Positions 19,011-29,917 of a stretch of 64,000 nucleotides of DNA are shown piece by piece. The translations under genes were made by a program, and so were the position numbers. Every line of letters starts with the position of its first letter. Position 1 is the first letter of the stretch. Source of the DNA: an uncultured Lachnospiraceae bacterium. GTDB taxonomy: Bacteria > Bacillota > Clostridia > Oscillospirales > CAG-272. Below the pieces are notes generated by a model. That model did not search any database. It was not told the origin of the DNA and saw only the letters and a program-made list of their open reading frames with translations. The stretch is taken from the NCBI GenBank assembly GCA_964568425.1, contig CAZMPO010000007.1, positions 1-64,000 on the forward strand, in the 5' to 3' direction.

Positions 19011-21074
19011 ATGCATTTATTTTCATTAAAAAAAACAAAGGCAACCATGCTCACAATTTTATCGGCGGCGATGCTTTTGACATCCTGCTCGGGTGGCACA
19101 CCTGCCGAGACTACAAACAAAACGACAAGCAACACGACAAGCGCTGACGTGACGACGACCAATTCGCCAAGCGTCGATCCGACGACGCCCCCCTCTACCG
19201 AGGTAGGCAAAGGCGCGGTGAATTTTGCGGTAATAAGCGACGTTCACATCGGACGTACGGGACTTGAAAAGTCCCCCGACGACAAATTCGCCGACGCACT
19301 TGACATCATCGGCGAGAAATTAAAGTCGCCCGACGCCATCCTTGTTGTCGGCGATCTCACCGAAAACGGAGAGGACAATCAGTACAGGACTTACAATAAT
19401 GTAGTCAAAAAGCACCTTCCCGAGGGCACTGTCCTTGCATCCGTCATGGGCAACCACGAGTACCACAGAAACGGTCACACCGCAAGCGAGAAGGAATGCC
19501 AGGACGCGTACAAGAAGTTCTGCGGCGATCTTCACACCGACACGGTCATAAACGGTGTTCACATGATCGGTCTGTCGCCTCTGACGCTCATGGGCGACTA
19601 CACGGCGGCGACAAATTATCTTGACAAGCAGGTCCGTGCCGCGGCTGCGGAAGACCCCAACATGCCGATATTTGTCTACACGCACTGGGGATTTAGCGAG
19701 GTCTATGACAGAGACAACGCGACATTCGGCAAAAAGCTAAACTCTCTCTTGAAGGAATTTCCCCAGATCATCGCTTTTTCGGGACACATGCACTATGCGC
19801 TCAACGACCCGAGAACGATCTGGCAGAAGGACATAACGACCATACAGACATCGACGGTCGGCTCTGATTTCTGGAACTACAGATATCTCGACCCCATCCA
19901 GCCCGACGGCGCGGGAACAGCATCTCAGGGACTGTTCGTTTCGGTCAGTGAGGAAAAGGTAGTCACCGTTGTGCGTTACGATTTCACGAGAAACTGCGAG
20001 ATCGGCACTCCTTGGGTGATAAACACGCCCGAAATAGTAAAATCGACCGACAACTTCACCTACACCGAGGCAAAGCGTAAAGAAGCCGCAGCAGTTCCGA
20101 CATTTGTATCGGATGCGAAGATCACAGCTCTTGACGTGACTGCATCGGGCGCGAAGCTGAACTTCCCTGCCGCAACGGTCGTTGATAATGTCACCGACGG
20201 TTGCATCATCGGCTATCAGGTCGATGTCAAGGACAAGGAGAGCGGCACATCGTATTACAGCAAATACGTTCACAACGATTGGCAACTCATCCACGGTGAA
20301 AAGACCGAATTTACCGTCTCGGTCAGCGGACTTGACGCCGGCAAGGTCTACACGGTCAGCGTTGTCGCAAAATCGGCATGGGACAAAGAATCGACCGCAC
20401 TCACGGGCGAATTTGAAACTCTCGATGGCGGCACGGTCTCCTTCCCGAACAAGGTACTGAGTGTCGACTACTCATCCGGCTCTCCCGATGACAGTGCATC
20501 CGGCGTTTCGGCGATAGCTCAGGGCACTCCCGTGATCGGAGGCGGACATGCGACCTTCGACTCGACAAATTGCTACGGATACAAGCTCTCGGGCAACATG
20601 TTCGCATCGTTTGCCGACAGCTTTGCGCTTGAGGCGTTTGTTTACATCGAAAAAGATCAGGCGAAATATCCTTACGGATACACGACTCTCTTCGGCTGTG
20701 CGCAGTCGTCGGGATTTGACATGTGCCTGTACGAAAACGGCAAGGTCTCCTTTGACATGCACATAAACGGCGGATGGAAGACCATCGAGGTCGACGCGCC
20801 GACAGGCAAATGGGTACACATCGTCGCATCCTATGACGGCGCGACAATGCGTGTATTCTTTGACGGCAAGCTTGTTGAAAGTGCCTCCTGCACGGGCAAA
20901 GTGACAACGCCGAGTGCCGCATCGTCGGTATTCTATGTCGGCGCAGATGTTGACGGCTTCGGAAACGGCGAATATCCCGCAAAAATGCAGGTCGCATACA
21001 TCAGCCTCTACGACGACGGTCTCTCGCTCGATCAGGCATCACAGCTTTTCGCATCGAGTGCCGCAAAGTCTTAA
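19011..21074 (+). CDS. secreted lipoprotein: calcineurin-like metallophosphoesterase with C-terminal FN3/LamG-like (concanavalin-like) domains
   Basis: Signal peptide with lipobox LLTSCSG; phosphoesterase motifs ISDVHIG, VVGDLTENG, GNHEY, GHMH; C-terminal beta-rich region. Confidence 0.7.
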   Translation: MHLFSLKKTKATMLTILSAAMLLTSCSGGTPAETTNKTTSNTTSADVTTTNSPSVDPTTPPSTEVGKGAVNFAVISDVHIGRTGLEKSPDDKFADALDIIGEKLKSPDAILVVGDLTENGEDNQYRTYNNVVKKHLPEGTVLASVMGNHEYHRNGHTASEKECQDAYKKFCGDLHTDTVINGVHMIGLSPLTLMGDYTAATNYLDKQVRAAAAEDPNMPIFVYTHWGFSEVYDRDNATFGKKLNSLLKEFPQIIAFSGHMHYALNDPRTIWQKDITTIQTSTVGSDFWNYRYLDPIQPDGAGTASQGLFVSVSEEKVVTVVRYDFTRNCEIGTPWVINTPEIVKSTDNFTYTEAKRKEAAAVPTFVSDAKITALDVTASGAKLNFPAATVVDNVTDGCIIGYQVDVKDKESGTSYYSKYVHNDWQLIHGEKTEFTVSVSGLDAGKVYTVSVVAKSAWDKESTALTGEFETLDGGTVSFPNKVLSVDYSSGSPDDSASGVSAIAQGTPVIGGGHATFDSTNCYGYKLSGNMFASFADSFALEAFVYIEKDQAKYPYGYTTLFGCAQSSGFDMCLYENGKVSFDMHINGGWKTIEVDAPTGKWVHIVASYDGATMRVFFDGKLVESASCTGKVTTPSAASSVFYVGADVDGFGNGEYPAKMQVAYISLYDDGLSLDQASQLFASSAAKS

Positions 21075-22927
21075 GCGATTATTATACCGAGTTCTCGATC
21101 GATGATCGAGACGCGGCAGGGATCGATCGTTACCTCGACATCATCGCCGACCGAGACATCGATACCGCAAAGCAGGACGATCTTCCTGCCCGATATATCG
21201 ACCCTTACATATTTATGCGAGGTATAGTCAAGTATCTCGCAGACCCTTCCAATGACCCCCTCGCCCGAGGGGGTCATTTTTATCTCTGCCGCATCCGCGT
21301 CAAACACCATCTCAAGCTCGGTGCGAAAAACAGCGGTCGATCTTGTCGCAAAGAGTCTCTCGCACAGGGGACCGTTTGCGGATATTTTTTGTCCGCCCGA
21401 CAGCTTAAAATAAAAATCGACCGCTCGTCCCCTTTTTTCTTTGATGAGCCTGCAGATCAGCCGATCGGTCGTATCAAGCGGCACTATCCGACCGTTTGAA
21501 AGCGAGATCTTTCGCATATCGATGTCAAATCTCACCCTCTCGCCCACGCTCGGCGCGCGCTCTGTCAAAGAGGTCGCAAAAAGCGTCAGGTCGTCAAACG
21601 AGAGCACGACAAGTGCTCTTTCGCCGAAGGTCTCGATCCTTGCCACCGTCGCGACAGCATCCCCATGACAAAGCCTTACCGACGCGGTCGGGATCGAAAG
21701 TCGGAGATCATCGGCATCGGGGCAGGACAGTGCCGACGGAAGGGGGAATTTTTGCGAGCCGACAAGAAGCGTCCGATCGATAACCTTGCAGGGGAGCGTG
21801 GTTTCATTTGGTATGGGACGGCGAATGCTGACCTCGGTCTCTTTATCGAAAAAGTGAAGTCGTGAGATATCGAAAAGAAGTCCGACCCTCTCGCCGCGTG
21901 TCGGCGTTATGTCGGCATCGCACTTGACGCTCACTCGCTCACCGCCGCCCTCAAGCGTTGCCCACACGATACTCTCGCCTCCGAGTGCCTCGATCTGCGA
22001 GACGATCGCACAGACGGTACCGACTGCATCGCATGCCGTGATCACGATATCCTCGGGACGCGCTCCGACGACTACCCGTCGCTCGGTGTCGATATACTCA
22101 AGCGGTATCTTATCGAGTGCGGCGCGCTCGCAGGTGATCGCTTTGCCGCCATCAAGCAGTATATTGACCCTCTCGCCATCCTCTCGCAGCCTTGCATCAA
22201 GAAAATTCATGCGCGGAGTTCCGATAAATCCCGCGACGAAGATGTTTTCGGGATATTTATAAAGATTCATCGGACTGTCGATCTGCATGATGACCCCTGC
22301 GCGCATAACGACTATGCGACTGCCCATTGTCATCGCCTCGACCTGATCGTGCGTGACATAGATAAATGTCGTGCCAAGCCTTTCATAGAGGCGTGATATC
22401 TCCTCACGCATCGCGGCACGGAGCTTCGCGTCCAGATTGGAGAGCGGCTCGTCGAGCAAAAACACCTTGGGATCACGCACGATCGCACGCCCGAGTGCGA
22501 CACGCTGTCTCTGACCGCCCGACAGCGCCTTCGGCTTTCTCTCAAGATACTCGCCGATACCGAGTATCTCGGCTGCCTGCCTTACCCTTTGGTCTATATC
22601 GTCCTTTTTCATGTGCGCGGTCCGAAGCGGGAACGCCATGTTTTCGTAGACGGTCATGTGCGGATAGAGGGCGTAATTTTGAAACACCATCGCTATGTTG
22701 CGATCCTTCGGCTCAAGAGAGTTGACTACCCTGCCGTCGATCGACAGCTCGCCTGCGGTTATGTCCTCAAGCCCCGCGATCATGCGAAGCGTCGTTGATT
22801 TTCCGCATCCCGACGGTCCGACGAAAACGATAAATTCTTTATCCGCGATCTCCATTGAAAAATCGCTCACCGCCTTGACGTTTCCGTCGTACACCTTGAA
22901 TATATGCTTTAATGAAAGGCTTGCCAT
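21071..22927 (-). CDS. ABC transporter ATP-binding protein (MalK/UgpC-type, extended C-terminal TOBE-like region)
   Basis: Walker A GPSGCGKST, signature LSGGQRQRVA, Walker B FLLDEPLSNLD; 618 aa. Confidence 0.9.
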   Translation of the reverse strand: MASLSLKHIFKVYDGNVKAVSDFSMEIADKEFIVFVGPSGCGKSTTLRMIAGLEDITAGELSIDGRVVNSLEPKDRNIAMVFQNYALYPHMTVYENMAFPLRTAHMKKDDIDQRVRQAAEILGIGEYLERKPKALSGGQRQRVALGRAIVRDPKVFLLDEPLSNLDAKLRAAMREEISRLYERLGTTFIYVTHDQVEAMTMGSRIVVMRAGVIMQIDSPMNLYKYPENIFVAGFIGTPRMNFLDARLREDGERVNILLDGGKAITCERAALDKIPLEYIDTERRVVVGARPEDIVITACDAVGTVCAIVSQIEALGGESIVWATLEGGGERVSVKCDADITPTRGERVGLLFDISRLHFFDKETEVSIRRPIPNETTLPCKVIDRTLLVGSQKFPLPSALSCPDADDLRLSIPTASVRLCHGDAVATVARIETFGERALVVLSFDDLTLFATSLTERAPSVGERVRFDIDMRKISLSNGRIVPLDTTDRLICRLIKEKRGRAVDFYFKLSGGQKISANGPLCERLFATRSTAVFRTELEMVFDADAAEIKMTPSGEGVIGRVCEILDYTSHKYVRVDISGRKIVLLCGIDVSVGDDVEVTIDPCRVSIIDRELGIIIA

Positions 22928-22979
22928 CCCGTGTTCCTCTTATTTCTTTCTTTTATCTGTTTTCTCTGCCCTGTCTGCC

Positions 22980-23852
22980 CTATCCCTTGACCGCGCCGCC
23001 CGTCACGCCTTCGACATAATATTTCTGAAGCCACAAAAAGAGCAGTGTGATCGGCAGTGCCACAACGACCGCCGCCGCGCAAAATGTCGTGAAATAATCC
23101 TGTATCATCTCACGCTCCAGCCAGCGATACATCCCGAGCGACACGGTATACAGCCCCGTATCGGGGACGCCCGACATTATAAACGACACGAAGATATAGT
23201 CACACCATGGTGCGATAAAGCTGACGAGGACCGTGTAAACGACTATCGGCCCCGACAGCGGAAGCGATATCCTCCAAAATGTGGTCGCCCTGCTTGCACC
23301 GTCGATCCGTGCCGCCTCATCAAGCGAGCGCGGTATTGTGTCGAAAAAGCCCTTCGCGATATAATATCCGAGTGCCGCGCCTGCCGAATAGACGATAACG
23401 AGCGAGACAAGCGACTGATAATTTGTCGGAAGGATGATCTTTAGGAGGAAATACACCGCCGACATGCTCATAAATCCCGGGAACATGCCGAGTATCAGCA
23501 TCATGTTCATCATAGGTCTGCGAAAGGCAAATCTGACGCGCGAGAGCGCATACGCGGTTGCAAGCACAAACGCCGTGGTTATCAGCGTGGACACAAGCGA
23601 GACGAGCAGAGTGTTTGCGTACCATCTCGGGAACTGCGTCTCAAAAAAGAGCCGTTTGTAATTGTCGAGCGTCCATTTTTCGGGAAAGAAGCTCTGACTC
23701 CACGCGCCGGGCTCTGCTCGAAACGACTGCACAACAAGATATAAAAGCGGCAGGATCCACAGAGCCGAAAGGGTTGAGAGCGCAAGCTGACATATATGCG
23801 AGAGCCATCTTTTTTTGTTTTTCTTTATCCGCATCGTTGCCCCTTTGATCAT
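22980..23852 (-). CDS. carbohydrate (CUT1) ABC transporter permease, MalG/UgpE-like
   Basis: 6-TM permease with EAA-like loop ...ESARIDGASRATTFWRISLP. Confidence 0.85.
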   Translation of the reverse strand: MIKGATMRIKKNKKRWLSHICQLALSTLSALWILPLLYLVVQSFRAEPGAWSQSFFPEKWTLDNYKRLFFETQFPRWYANTLLVSLVSTLITTAFVLATAYALSRVRFAFRRPMMNMMLILGMFPGFMSMSAVYFLLKIILPTNYQSLVSLVIVYSAGAALGYYIAKGFFDTIPRSLDEAARIDGASRATTFWRISLPLSGPIVVYTVLVSFIAPWCDYIFVSFIMSGVPDTGLYTVSLGMYRWLEREMIQDYFTTFCAAAVVVALPITLLFLWLQKYYVEGVTGGAVKG

Positions 23853-25267
23853 TGAAAAGTATCCTCTCCCTTAACCGCCGACGAGCGGTTGTATACCGCA
23901 AGCGAGAATGTCGCCGATATCACGAACACAAGTATTCCGATCACCGAGGCGAGCTTGTAATCGCGATCGACTCCGAGTGAGAGCTTATACAGCCATGTGA
24001 TCAGCAGATCGGTGCCCTTTGCGCCCTTCGTGTATTTTAAGATATCTCCCGGTCCGCCGCCGCTCAGGAGATATATCACGTTGAAATTGTTGATATTTCC
24101 GATAAACTGCGTTATAAGATAGGGTCCCGTGACAAAAAGCATATACGGGAGGGTTATTTTGAAAAATCTCCTTGACGCTCCCGCGCCGTCGATGCGCGCG
24201 GACTCGTAAAGATCGGCAGGGATGTTCATCAAGATCCCACTGCACATGAGCATACTGTAGGGCACGCCTATCCACAAATTAACAAGGATGATACAGATCC
24301 TTGTCGTATTTATGTCGATGCCGAAGCGAAGGTGATATCCGAACAGCCGCTCGATAAGCAGTGTGATCATGCCGCCCCCGCCTCCCATAACGCCGCTTCC
24401 CGAATCGAGCATTTTCGACATGATAAGAAGCGATACAAACTGCGGCACGGCGATCGAGGTCGCAAACAGCGTCCGATAGAGCCGCTTGCACCTAACCCCT
24501 CTCGCTCCGATCAGCATCGCAAGCAGCATCCCGAAGAAATAGCTTGTAAATGTCGCGCAGACCGCCCAAACGAGCGTCCATGCGAGCACTCGCCAAAATG
24601 TTCCGCCAAGCTCCGAGCCGGGTGTAAAGAGCCCTGCGAAATTGTCAAATCCCACCCACGAAAAGAGTCGCTCGGGCACTTCATGCCCCGCATCGTAGTT
24701 TGTAAAGGCGATAAGGATCATCGAGATCAGCGGTATCACGGTAAATGCAAGCAGTCCGAGCAGTGGCAGAGACAAGAGTGTCAGGTGGAAATTTTTGTCC
24801 AGCAGACCGCCGAGCGTCTGTCTTGCCGTCGGGATGGGCGCGCCGATGTCCGAGAGCTCCTCCAGAGTATAGCTTTCTTTGACCGAGTTTAGATATATCG
24901 CCGCGAAAATGAGGGTTATCAGGATGGACAGTATGCCGTAAAGTACGATATGAAATGAATTATCGCCGACTATCTTGACATACTGCCCAAGCTCCTCGTC
25001 CCAGACATCCGAAATGTGCGTCTCGACCCTGCCGACCGTTCCGCCCGTGAAAAAATTCTCAAAGAACATCGAGAGATATCTGCCGCCGAATTTGACGATA
25101 TATAAAATATAAGCCGCCTGCGTCGCAAGATAGAGGGTTCCCTTGGCAAGCTGTCCGCGAAAGACATGCCCCACGCCCATCACGAGATAGGAGCATTTGG
25201 TCAAGAGATCTCCGTCCTTCAGCCCGACGAAAAACTGCCCTGTCTTCATTTTCTTATCTGTGCGCAC
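23849..25267 (-). CDS. carbohydrate (CUT1) ABC transporter permease, MalF/UgpA-like
   Basis: Multi-TM permease with ESARIDGAGASRRFFKITLP EAA motif; 4-nt overlap with the downstream permease. Confidence 0.85.
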   Translation of the reverse strand: MRTDKKMKTGQFFVGLKDGDLLTKCSYLVMGVGHVFRGQLAKGTLYLATQAAYILYIVKFGGRYLSMFFENFFTGGTVGRVETHISDVWDEELGQYVKIVGDNSFHIVLYGILSILITLIFAAIYLNSVKESYTLEELSDIGAPIPTARQTLGGLLDKNFHLTLLSLPLLGLLAFTVIPLISMILIAFTNYDAGHEVPERLFSWVGFDNFAGLFTPGSELGGTFWRVLAWTLVWAVCATFTSYFFGMLLAMLIGARGVRCKRLYRTLFATSIAVPQFVSLLIMSKMLDSGSGVMGGGGGMITLLIERLFGYHLRFGIDINTTRICIILVNLWIGVPYSMLMCSGILMNIPADLYESARIDGAGASRRFFKITLPYMLFVTGPYLITQFIGNINNFNVIYLLSGGGPGDILKYTKGAKGTDLLITWLYKLSLGVDRDYKLASVIGILVFVISATFSLAVYNRSSAVKGEDTFQ

Positions 25268-26532
25268 AGGGCATCAAGATAGCTTTGGAGCATCTCGTCG
25301 GTGATCTTGTCGCCGCTCGACTTTGCCTTAACTATCGGGCTGATGAGCGTTCCCATCGGCGTCCAATAATTTGCGGGCACGCTCTTTTGCGTGCGGTTAT
25401 GCTTCGCCTGTTCAAGCACGGCAGAGATGATCTTGTCGCCCGACACCTCATTCGATGCCGCCGCATTTTTGTTGGTCGGCGCAAATCCGCGCTCGCGAAA
25501 GCGGATAAGCTGATTTTGCTCGTTTGTCAGCCATGCCGCAAGCTTGTGCGCCTCACCTTTGTTTTTCGAAAATCCGTTCACTCCTATCAGCTTGTATCCC
25601 ATATAGCCCGACAGCTGTCTGTCCTCGCCGCCGATCTTGGCACTCGGAAGTGCACAGACGCCGAGATTTTCCTTGCCTATCGCACTCGAAAAGGCATCGG
25701 CGTTCCATGTTCCGCTGACAACTGCCGCCGCCTGCCCCGATCTGAGCGCAGAGAGCATTTTGCTGTCATCTGTCTGCACGACAAGTGCATCGTTTGAGAT
25801 ATATTTTCGCAATGCCTTCATGACGTCAAGTCCGCCCTCGCTGTTAAAATTGATCTTGACCGATCTTTCGACCATTGAGTCATCAAGCTCGACCTCGTAG
25901 TAAAGCTCGGGATCGGCAAAAAAGAAGGAGGAGAGATACCAGCCGTCATCGTTGAGCTTGAAATGAACGCTTTTTCCGACAGACCCTGCGGCGGCAAGCA
26001 GTGCATCGAGGGTCTTGATGTCGCCCTCGCCTAACACACGCTTGTCGTAATAAAGAAACGCGCAGTTGTCCGCCGTACAGGGGTATGCCCAGAGCTGATC
26101 CTGCCCCGACACATTCATGCTTGCCGCGCCGACCGACTCGGGAGAATTGATCTCTCTTACATTCTTTTCGATATCGCCGCCGACCCTTGCGAGTGCGCCG
26201 CCCGCGATCAGCTTTCCGAGCGCGTCACTTGCGAAGCTGTAAACATCGGGACCCGATTCGACATCGCCGAGCACCTTGTCGGGAGAGTCGGACTCGCCCT
26301 GCACGCCAAAGAGAAATTTATACTCATTTTGCTTATTTGCCTCGGCGTACGCACTGCACATCGACTTGAGCATGTCCATATCACGCTCCGCTCCCCAAAC
26401 GGTAAGCGTGTATTTTGTTTTTCCGCCGACATCGTCGTCGTTACCGTCATCCTTCTTACCGCAAGCGGACATCAAAAGTGCCACCGTCAAGAGTGCAAGC
26501 AGGCATTTTTTATATCTTTTCATTTTCGTCAT
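25246..26532 (-). CDS. ABC transporter extracellular solute-binding lipoprotein
   Basis: Signal peptide with lipobox LMSACGKK; SBP family-1-like size, 428 aa. Confidence 0.8.
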   Translation of the reverse strand: MTKMKRYKKCLLALLTVALLMSACGKKDDGNDDDVGGKTKYTLTVWGAERDMDMLKSMCSAYAEANKQNEYKFLFGVQGESDSPDKVLGDVESGPDVYSFASDALGKLIAGGALARVGGDIEKNVREINSPESVGAASMNVSGQDQLWAYPCTADNCAFLYYDKRVLGEGDIKTLDALLAAAGSVGKSVHFKLNDDGWYLSSFFFADPELYYEVELDDSMVERSVKINFNSEGGLDVMKALRKYISNDALVVQTDDSKMLSALRSGQAAAVVSGTWNADAFSSAIGKENLGVCALPSAKIGGEDRQLSGYMGYKLIGVNGFSKNKGEAHKLAAWLTNEQNQLIRFRERGFAPTNKNAAASNEVSGDKIISAVLEQAKHNRTQKSVPANYWTPMGTLISPIVKAKSSGDKITDEMLQSYLDALCAQIRK

Positions 26533-26713
26533 CCTTTCAAGACTTTTTCTTTCGCCATTAGCATTGACCTCTTTGACCTTCTTTATTCAAAAAAATAAAA
26601 CCGTCTCAAATGTCCGAAATGGCATTTGAGACGGAGATAATGTATGTACGGATAGGATGGGGAAATTATATCTGACGCCCGAGACCTCACGGTGCATGCC
26701 CCTTGTTATTCCC

Positions 26714-29269
26714 TCACGCTTTTTTCTTTTTCTTTATCACGATGACCGCGACTGCGACAGCGACAAGGCAAACGACACACGCGGATATGATGATCACGAC
26801 AGTCTTGCCGCCATCCGACTTATCGGGGGTCGAGACTGTCGGGACAGTCGGCTCTTCCGGCGGGAGAGGCTCGACATTTTCAACATTCAATGTAACGACC
26901 CTCGAATAGAGATCATACACATATGTGGAAGGTCTTGCGCATTTTGTTTTACTTCTGACCGTATAAGACACGGTATAGCTGCCCTCGGCGAAGGTCATGA
27001 CACCGTTTTCATATGTCACATTTTCGCCGCCCTCAAGGAATATCAGCTCGGAATTTGCATCTTCCGCGCCAAGGAGCGGAGTCTCGGTCCTGCCGTAGGT
27101 CAAAAGTGTCGCGCTCGGAGTGTGGGTCTCGCCAAATCCGATATCAAAAGACGTTCCGCCCGTTTCGATGCGTTTGCCGAAATCCTTGGCGGTGTCGCAG
27201 TAATTAGTTGTCAGACCGTTGTAGCCGTCAAGCAGGAATTTCGCCATGTTCATATCGTTTTCGAATGTCCACGGATAGACCATTATGCCGCGCATTGACG
27301 CCTGATAGATGAATTTCGAGTTGTGACCGGTGTAGAGCGGATTATAGGTCGTGCCGAGCGGCTGTATTGCCGAAAGCACACCCGTCACGGAATTTGCGCC
27401 CGTTCCGCTCACCTTGCTGTCGCAGAGATATCCGACAGACACCTCGGGGAAGACCTTCTTCATCTGCTTGACCTGTGCGGCATTGAAGGTGATGACGCTT
27501 ATCTGTCCCTGCATCTCGTATTCCTCGGTCAGCTCTTTAAGCTTTTGTACGATCTCGATGTTGGCACTCTTTATCTCGATAAAGATCTGCACATCCTTGC
27601 CCTTGAACTCCTCGTAATACTCACGCAGTGTGGGTATACGGCACTCCGAGTAAAGCTCGCTGTTCTCGTATCCCTTGTTGACGTAAAGTCTCTTAAGCTG
27701 TTTCAATGTTGACGATTCGACGCGCATATCTCTGTCGCAGGTGGCACCCGTCGTATCATTGTGCATGATGACTATCTCGCCGTCTTTGGTCAGATATATA
27801 TCGTTCTCGATAACATCCGCGCCGTTTTCGTAAGCGAGCTTTGCGCTTTCGAGCGTGTTTTCGGGTGCTTGCGACGGAAGTCCGCGATGTCCGACAATGA
27901 GGGGCGTGCGAACGAGCGTTTTTGAGGTGAAATAGGTTGCAGCCGTGGTTGCAAGGAGGGTGGTATTGCTCGATATCACGCCGTGCGCGCCCGAGACGAG
28001 CAGGTCAAATGCGTCTGCACTGCCGCGCATCTCATCTGCCGCCACCCAAACGGCGATCAGTCTGTCCTCGAGATACTTGACATTGTCACCGACTGCGCAA
28101 TTTTCGGGGATAACGACGATGCTTGCCATATTTGATGCCGCCGCACCGCGAATCTCGAGCAGATCGGCTGTTGTCAGCTCCTCTGCCGATCTGTATTTTT
28201 CGGCAAGATCGAGCACGCCGCGAATATAGTCGGTCTCTTTGCGCACCTTGGCGACAAGTGCGGGATCGGAGGACATGACAAAAGCATCGCGAAGTCCTGT
28301 CTCGGCGATAAATGCAACAAGACTGTCTGCCGCTGCCTCGGATGAAACGACATAGGTCGGCATTATGGTGTTTTCGAGTCTGTCGAGCACCGAGACCGCA
28401 TCGGCAAATTCGTTTTGCATGCTGCTGTCGCAGAGTTTTTTGTTTTCGTTAAAATAAAAGATCAGATTTGCGGGCTTTTCGGCGGCAGAGAGCACCCTGT
28501 CAAGATCAGCCTCACTTCCCACACACTCGCTGAAGGTCATCCCGCCGATGATCTTGGTCTCGCTTTGTGCAAGGGTCGAAAAATCGCGCGGCTTTACCTC
28601 ATTGCTGATAAGCTCGGTCACCTTTATGCTATCGACCTTCATAACGCAGTGGTTTGCCTGAAGACCGACAGCACCCTCGCGATAGGTCTCAACGCCCTTT
28701 CTGTCGATAAGCTCCTCGCCGTTTATCGAGTATGTGACATGCGTACCGCTTGCCTCGACCTTGATGTCGTAAAACTTATCGGCTGTGATCTTTTCCGAAA
28801 AAGATGCCGTTTCGGGGACATTCCAGCCATTTGACTGTGTGCGCTCGGCAAACTCGATACCGTTTGAGAGGGTGGCGTTTTGACGCACGCACATCTGATA
28901 GTAAGGGAAGTTGCTCCTTTGGACGCGATACATTATCGAGCACCATCTCGAATCGTTTTCGGGGGACTCGATGGTCGCGCTGATCTCAATGCGATAATCA
29001 CCGCGAGTGTCAAGCGACTTAGGCAGGAGAAGGCGGACGGATTCGCGTCCGCGCGCGTCGAGACAGAGTACGCCGTCCTCGACCTTTATGCGGTCTGCGC
29101 CCTCAACGGCGCGATAATCCTCCGACAGTCCGCTTGAGAAATCGTCCTCAAGCAGTACCTCGCCGACCTGATATTCGGCGGCGGATACCATGGACATCGG
29201 AAGTGTAACAACAAGAGCCGCCGCGGCAAGCAATGCCGACAGCAGACTTAAAATTTTTTGTGATCTCAT
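26714..29269 (-). CDS. membrane-anchored extracellular glycerophosphodiester phosphodiesterase (GDPD) family protein
   Basis: N-terminal signal peptide, GDPD motif PLIVGHRGLPSQAPENTLESAKLAYENGADVIENDIYLTKDGEIVIMHND, C-terminal TM anchor plus KKKKK. Confidence 0.75.
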   Translation of the reverse strand: MRSQKILSLLSALLAAAALVVTLPMSMVSAAEYQVGEVLLEDDFSSGLSEDYRAVEGADRIKVEDGVLCLDARGRESVRLLLPKSLDTRGDYRIEISATIESPENDSRWCSIMYRVQRSNFPYYQMCVRQNATLSNGIEFAERTQSNGWNVPETASFSEKITADKFYDIKVEASGTHVTYSINGEELIDRKGVETYREGAVGLQANHCVMKVDSIKVTELISNEVKPRDFSTLAQSETKIIGGMTFSECVGSEADLDRVLSAAEKPANLIFYFNENKKLCDSSMQNEFADAVSVLDRLENTIMPTYVVSSEAAADSLVAFIAETGLRDAFVMSSDPALVAKVRKETDYIRGVLDLAEKYRSAEELTTADLLEIRGAAASNMASIVVIPENCAVGDNVKYLEDRLIAVWVAADEMRGSADAFDLLVSGAHGVISSNTTLLATTAATYFTSKTLVRTPLIVGHRGLPSQAPENTLESAKLAYENGADVIENDIYLTKDGEIVIMHNDTTGATCDRDMRVESSTLKQLKRLYVNKGYENSELYSECRIPTLREYYEEFKGKDVQIFIEIKSANIEIVQKLKELTEEYEMQGQISVITFNAAQVKQMKKVFPEVSVGYLCDSKVSGTGANSVTGVLSAIQPLGTTYNPLYTGHNSKFIYQASMRGIMVYPWTFENDMNMAKFLLDGYNGLTTNYCDTAKDFGKRIETGGTSFDIGFGETHTPSATLLTYGRTETPLLGAEDANSELIFLEGGENVTYENGVMTFAEGSYTVSYTVRSKTKCARPSTYVYDLYSRVVTLNVENVEPLPPEEPTVPTVSTPDKSDGGKTVVIIISACVVCLVAVAVAVIVIKKKKKA

Positions 29270-29463
29270 GATATTTTCCTTTCAACAGATCGAAAATAAT
29301 TTTTGTTTACATAATTATAACACTTTTCTCCGCATTTGTCAATTACTTTTCTTTGAATGGTTGAAAATTTCATTATTATGTGGTACAATGGATTAAGCCA
29401 ATCGTAAAAGTCGAATTTGATAAAAAGCCGGCTTTTACAAACATCAAAAGGAGAACAGACAAA

Positions 29464-29913
29464 ATGAACAACACCATCATCCGCAGGATAAACGAGGGCG
29501 ACCGCGAGAGCTTTCTTGAAATGAGCCGCGAATTTTACTCGTCGGATGCTGTTTTGCACGAAATTCCAAACTCATACCACGAGCGCGCCTTTGACGAGCT
29601 CATGCGCTCGGGGGATTATCTGATATGTTATATATTCGAGAAAGACGGTGCGGCGGTCGGATACGCAATGCTGAACAAAATGTTCATGCACGAATGCGGC
29701 GGCATCGTCCTCTGGGTAGAGGAGCTTTATATAAGAGAGAGCTGTCGCGGCATGGGGCTCGGGCACGAATTTTTCTCATTCCTTGAGCAAAACGAATCGG
29801 CATCGAGATATCGCCTTGAGGTCGAGCCCGAAAATCTGCGCGCCCGTTCGCTCTACGAAAGGCTCGGGTACGAGACGCTCCCCTACATGCAGATGATCAA
29901 GGACAACAAATAA
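29464..29913 (+). CDS. GNAT family N-acetyltransferase
   Basis: Acetyl-CoA binding motif RGMGLGHEFFSFLEQ; AGGAG RBS before the ATG at 29464. Confidence 0.8.
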   Translation: MNNTIIRRINEGDRESFLEMSREFYSSDAVLHEIPNSYHERAFDELMRSGDYLICYIFEKDGAAVGYAMLNKMFMHECGGIVLWVEELYIRESCRGMGLGHEFFSFLEQNESASRYRLEVEPENLRARSLYERLGYETLPYMQMIKDNK

Positions 29914-29917
29914 GCCA

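Noticed and set aside
20401-20997. Many Arg/Ser/Pro-rich ORFs on both strands throughout the GC-rich core (e.g. 20401-20997, 21496-21783, 24332-24892, 33337-33807, 47409-47726)
   Set aside because: Typical high-GC alternative-frame artefacts overlapping genes with strong protein-family signatures.
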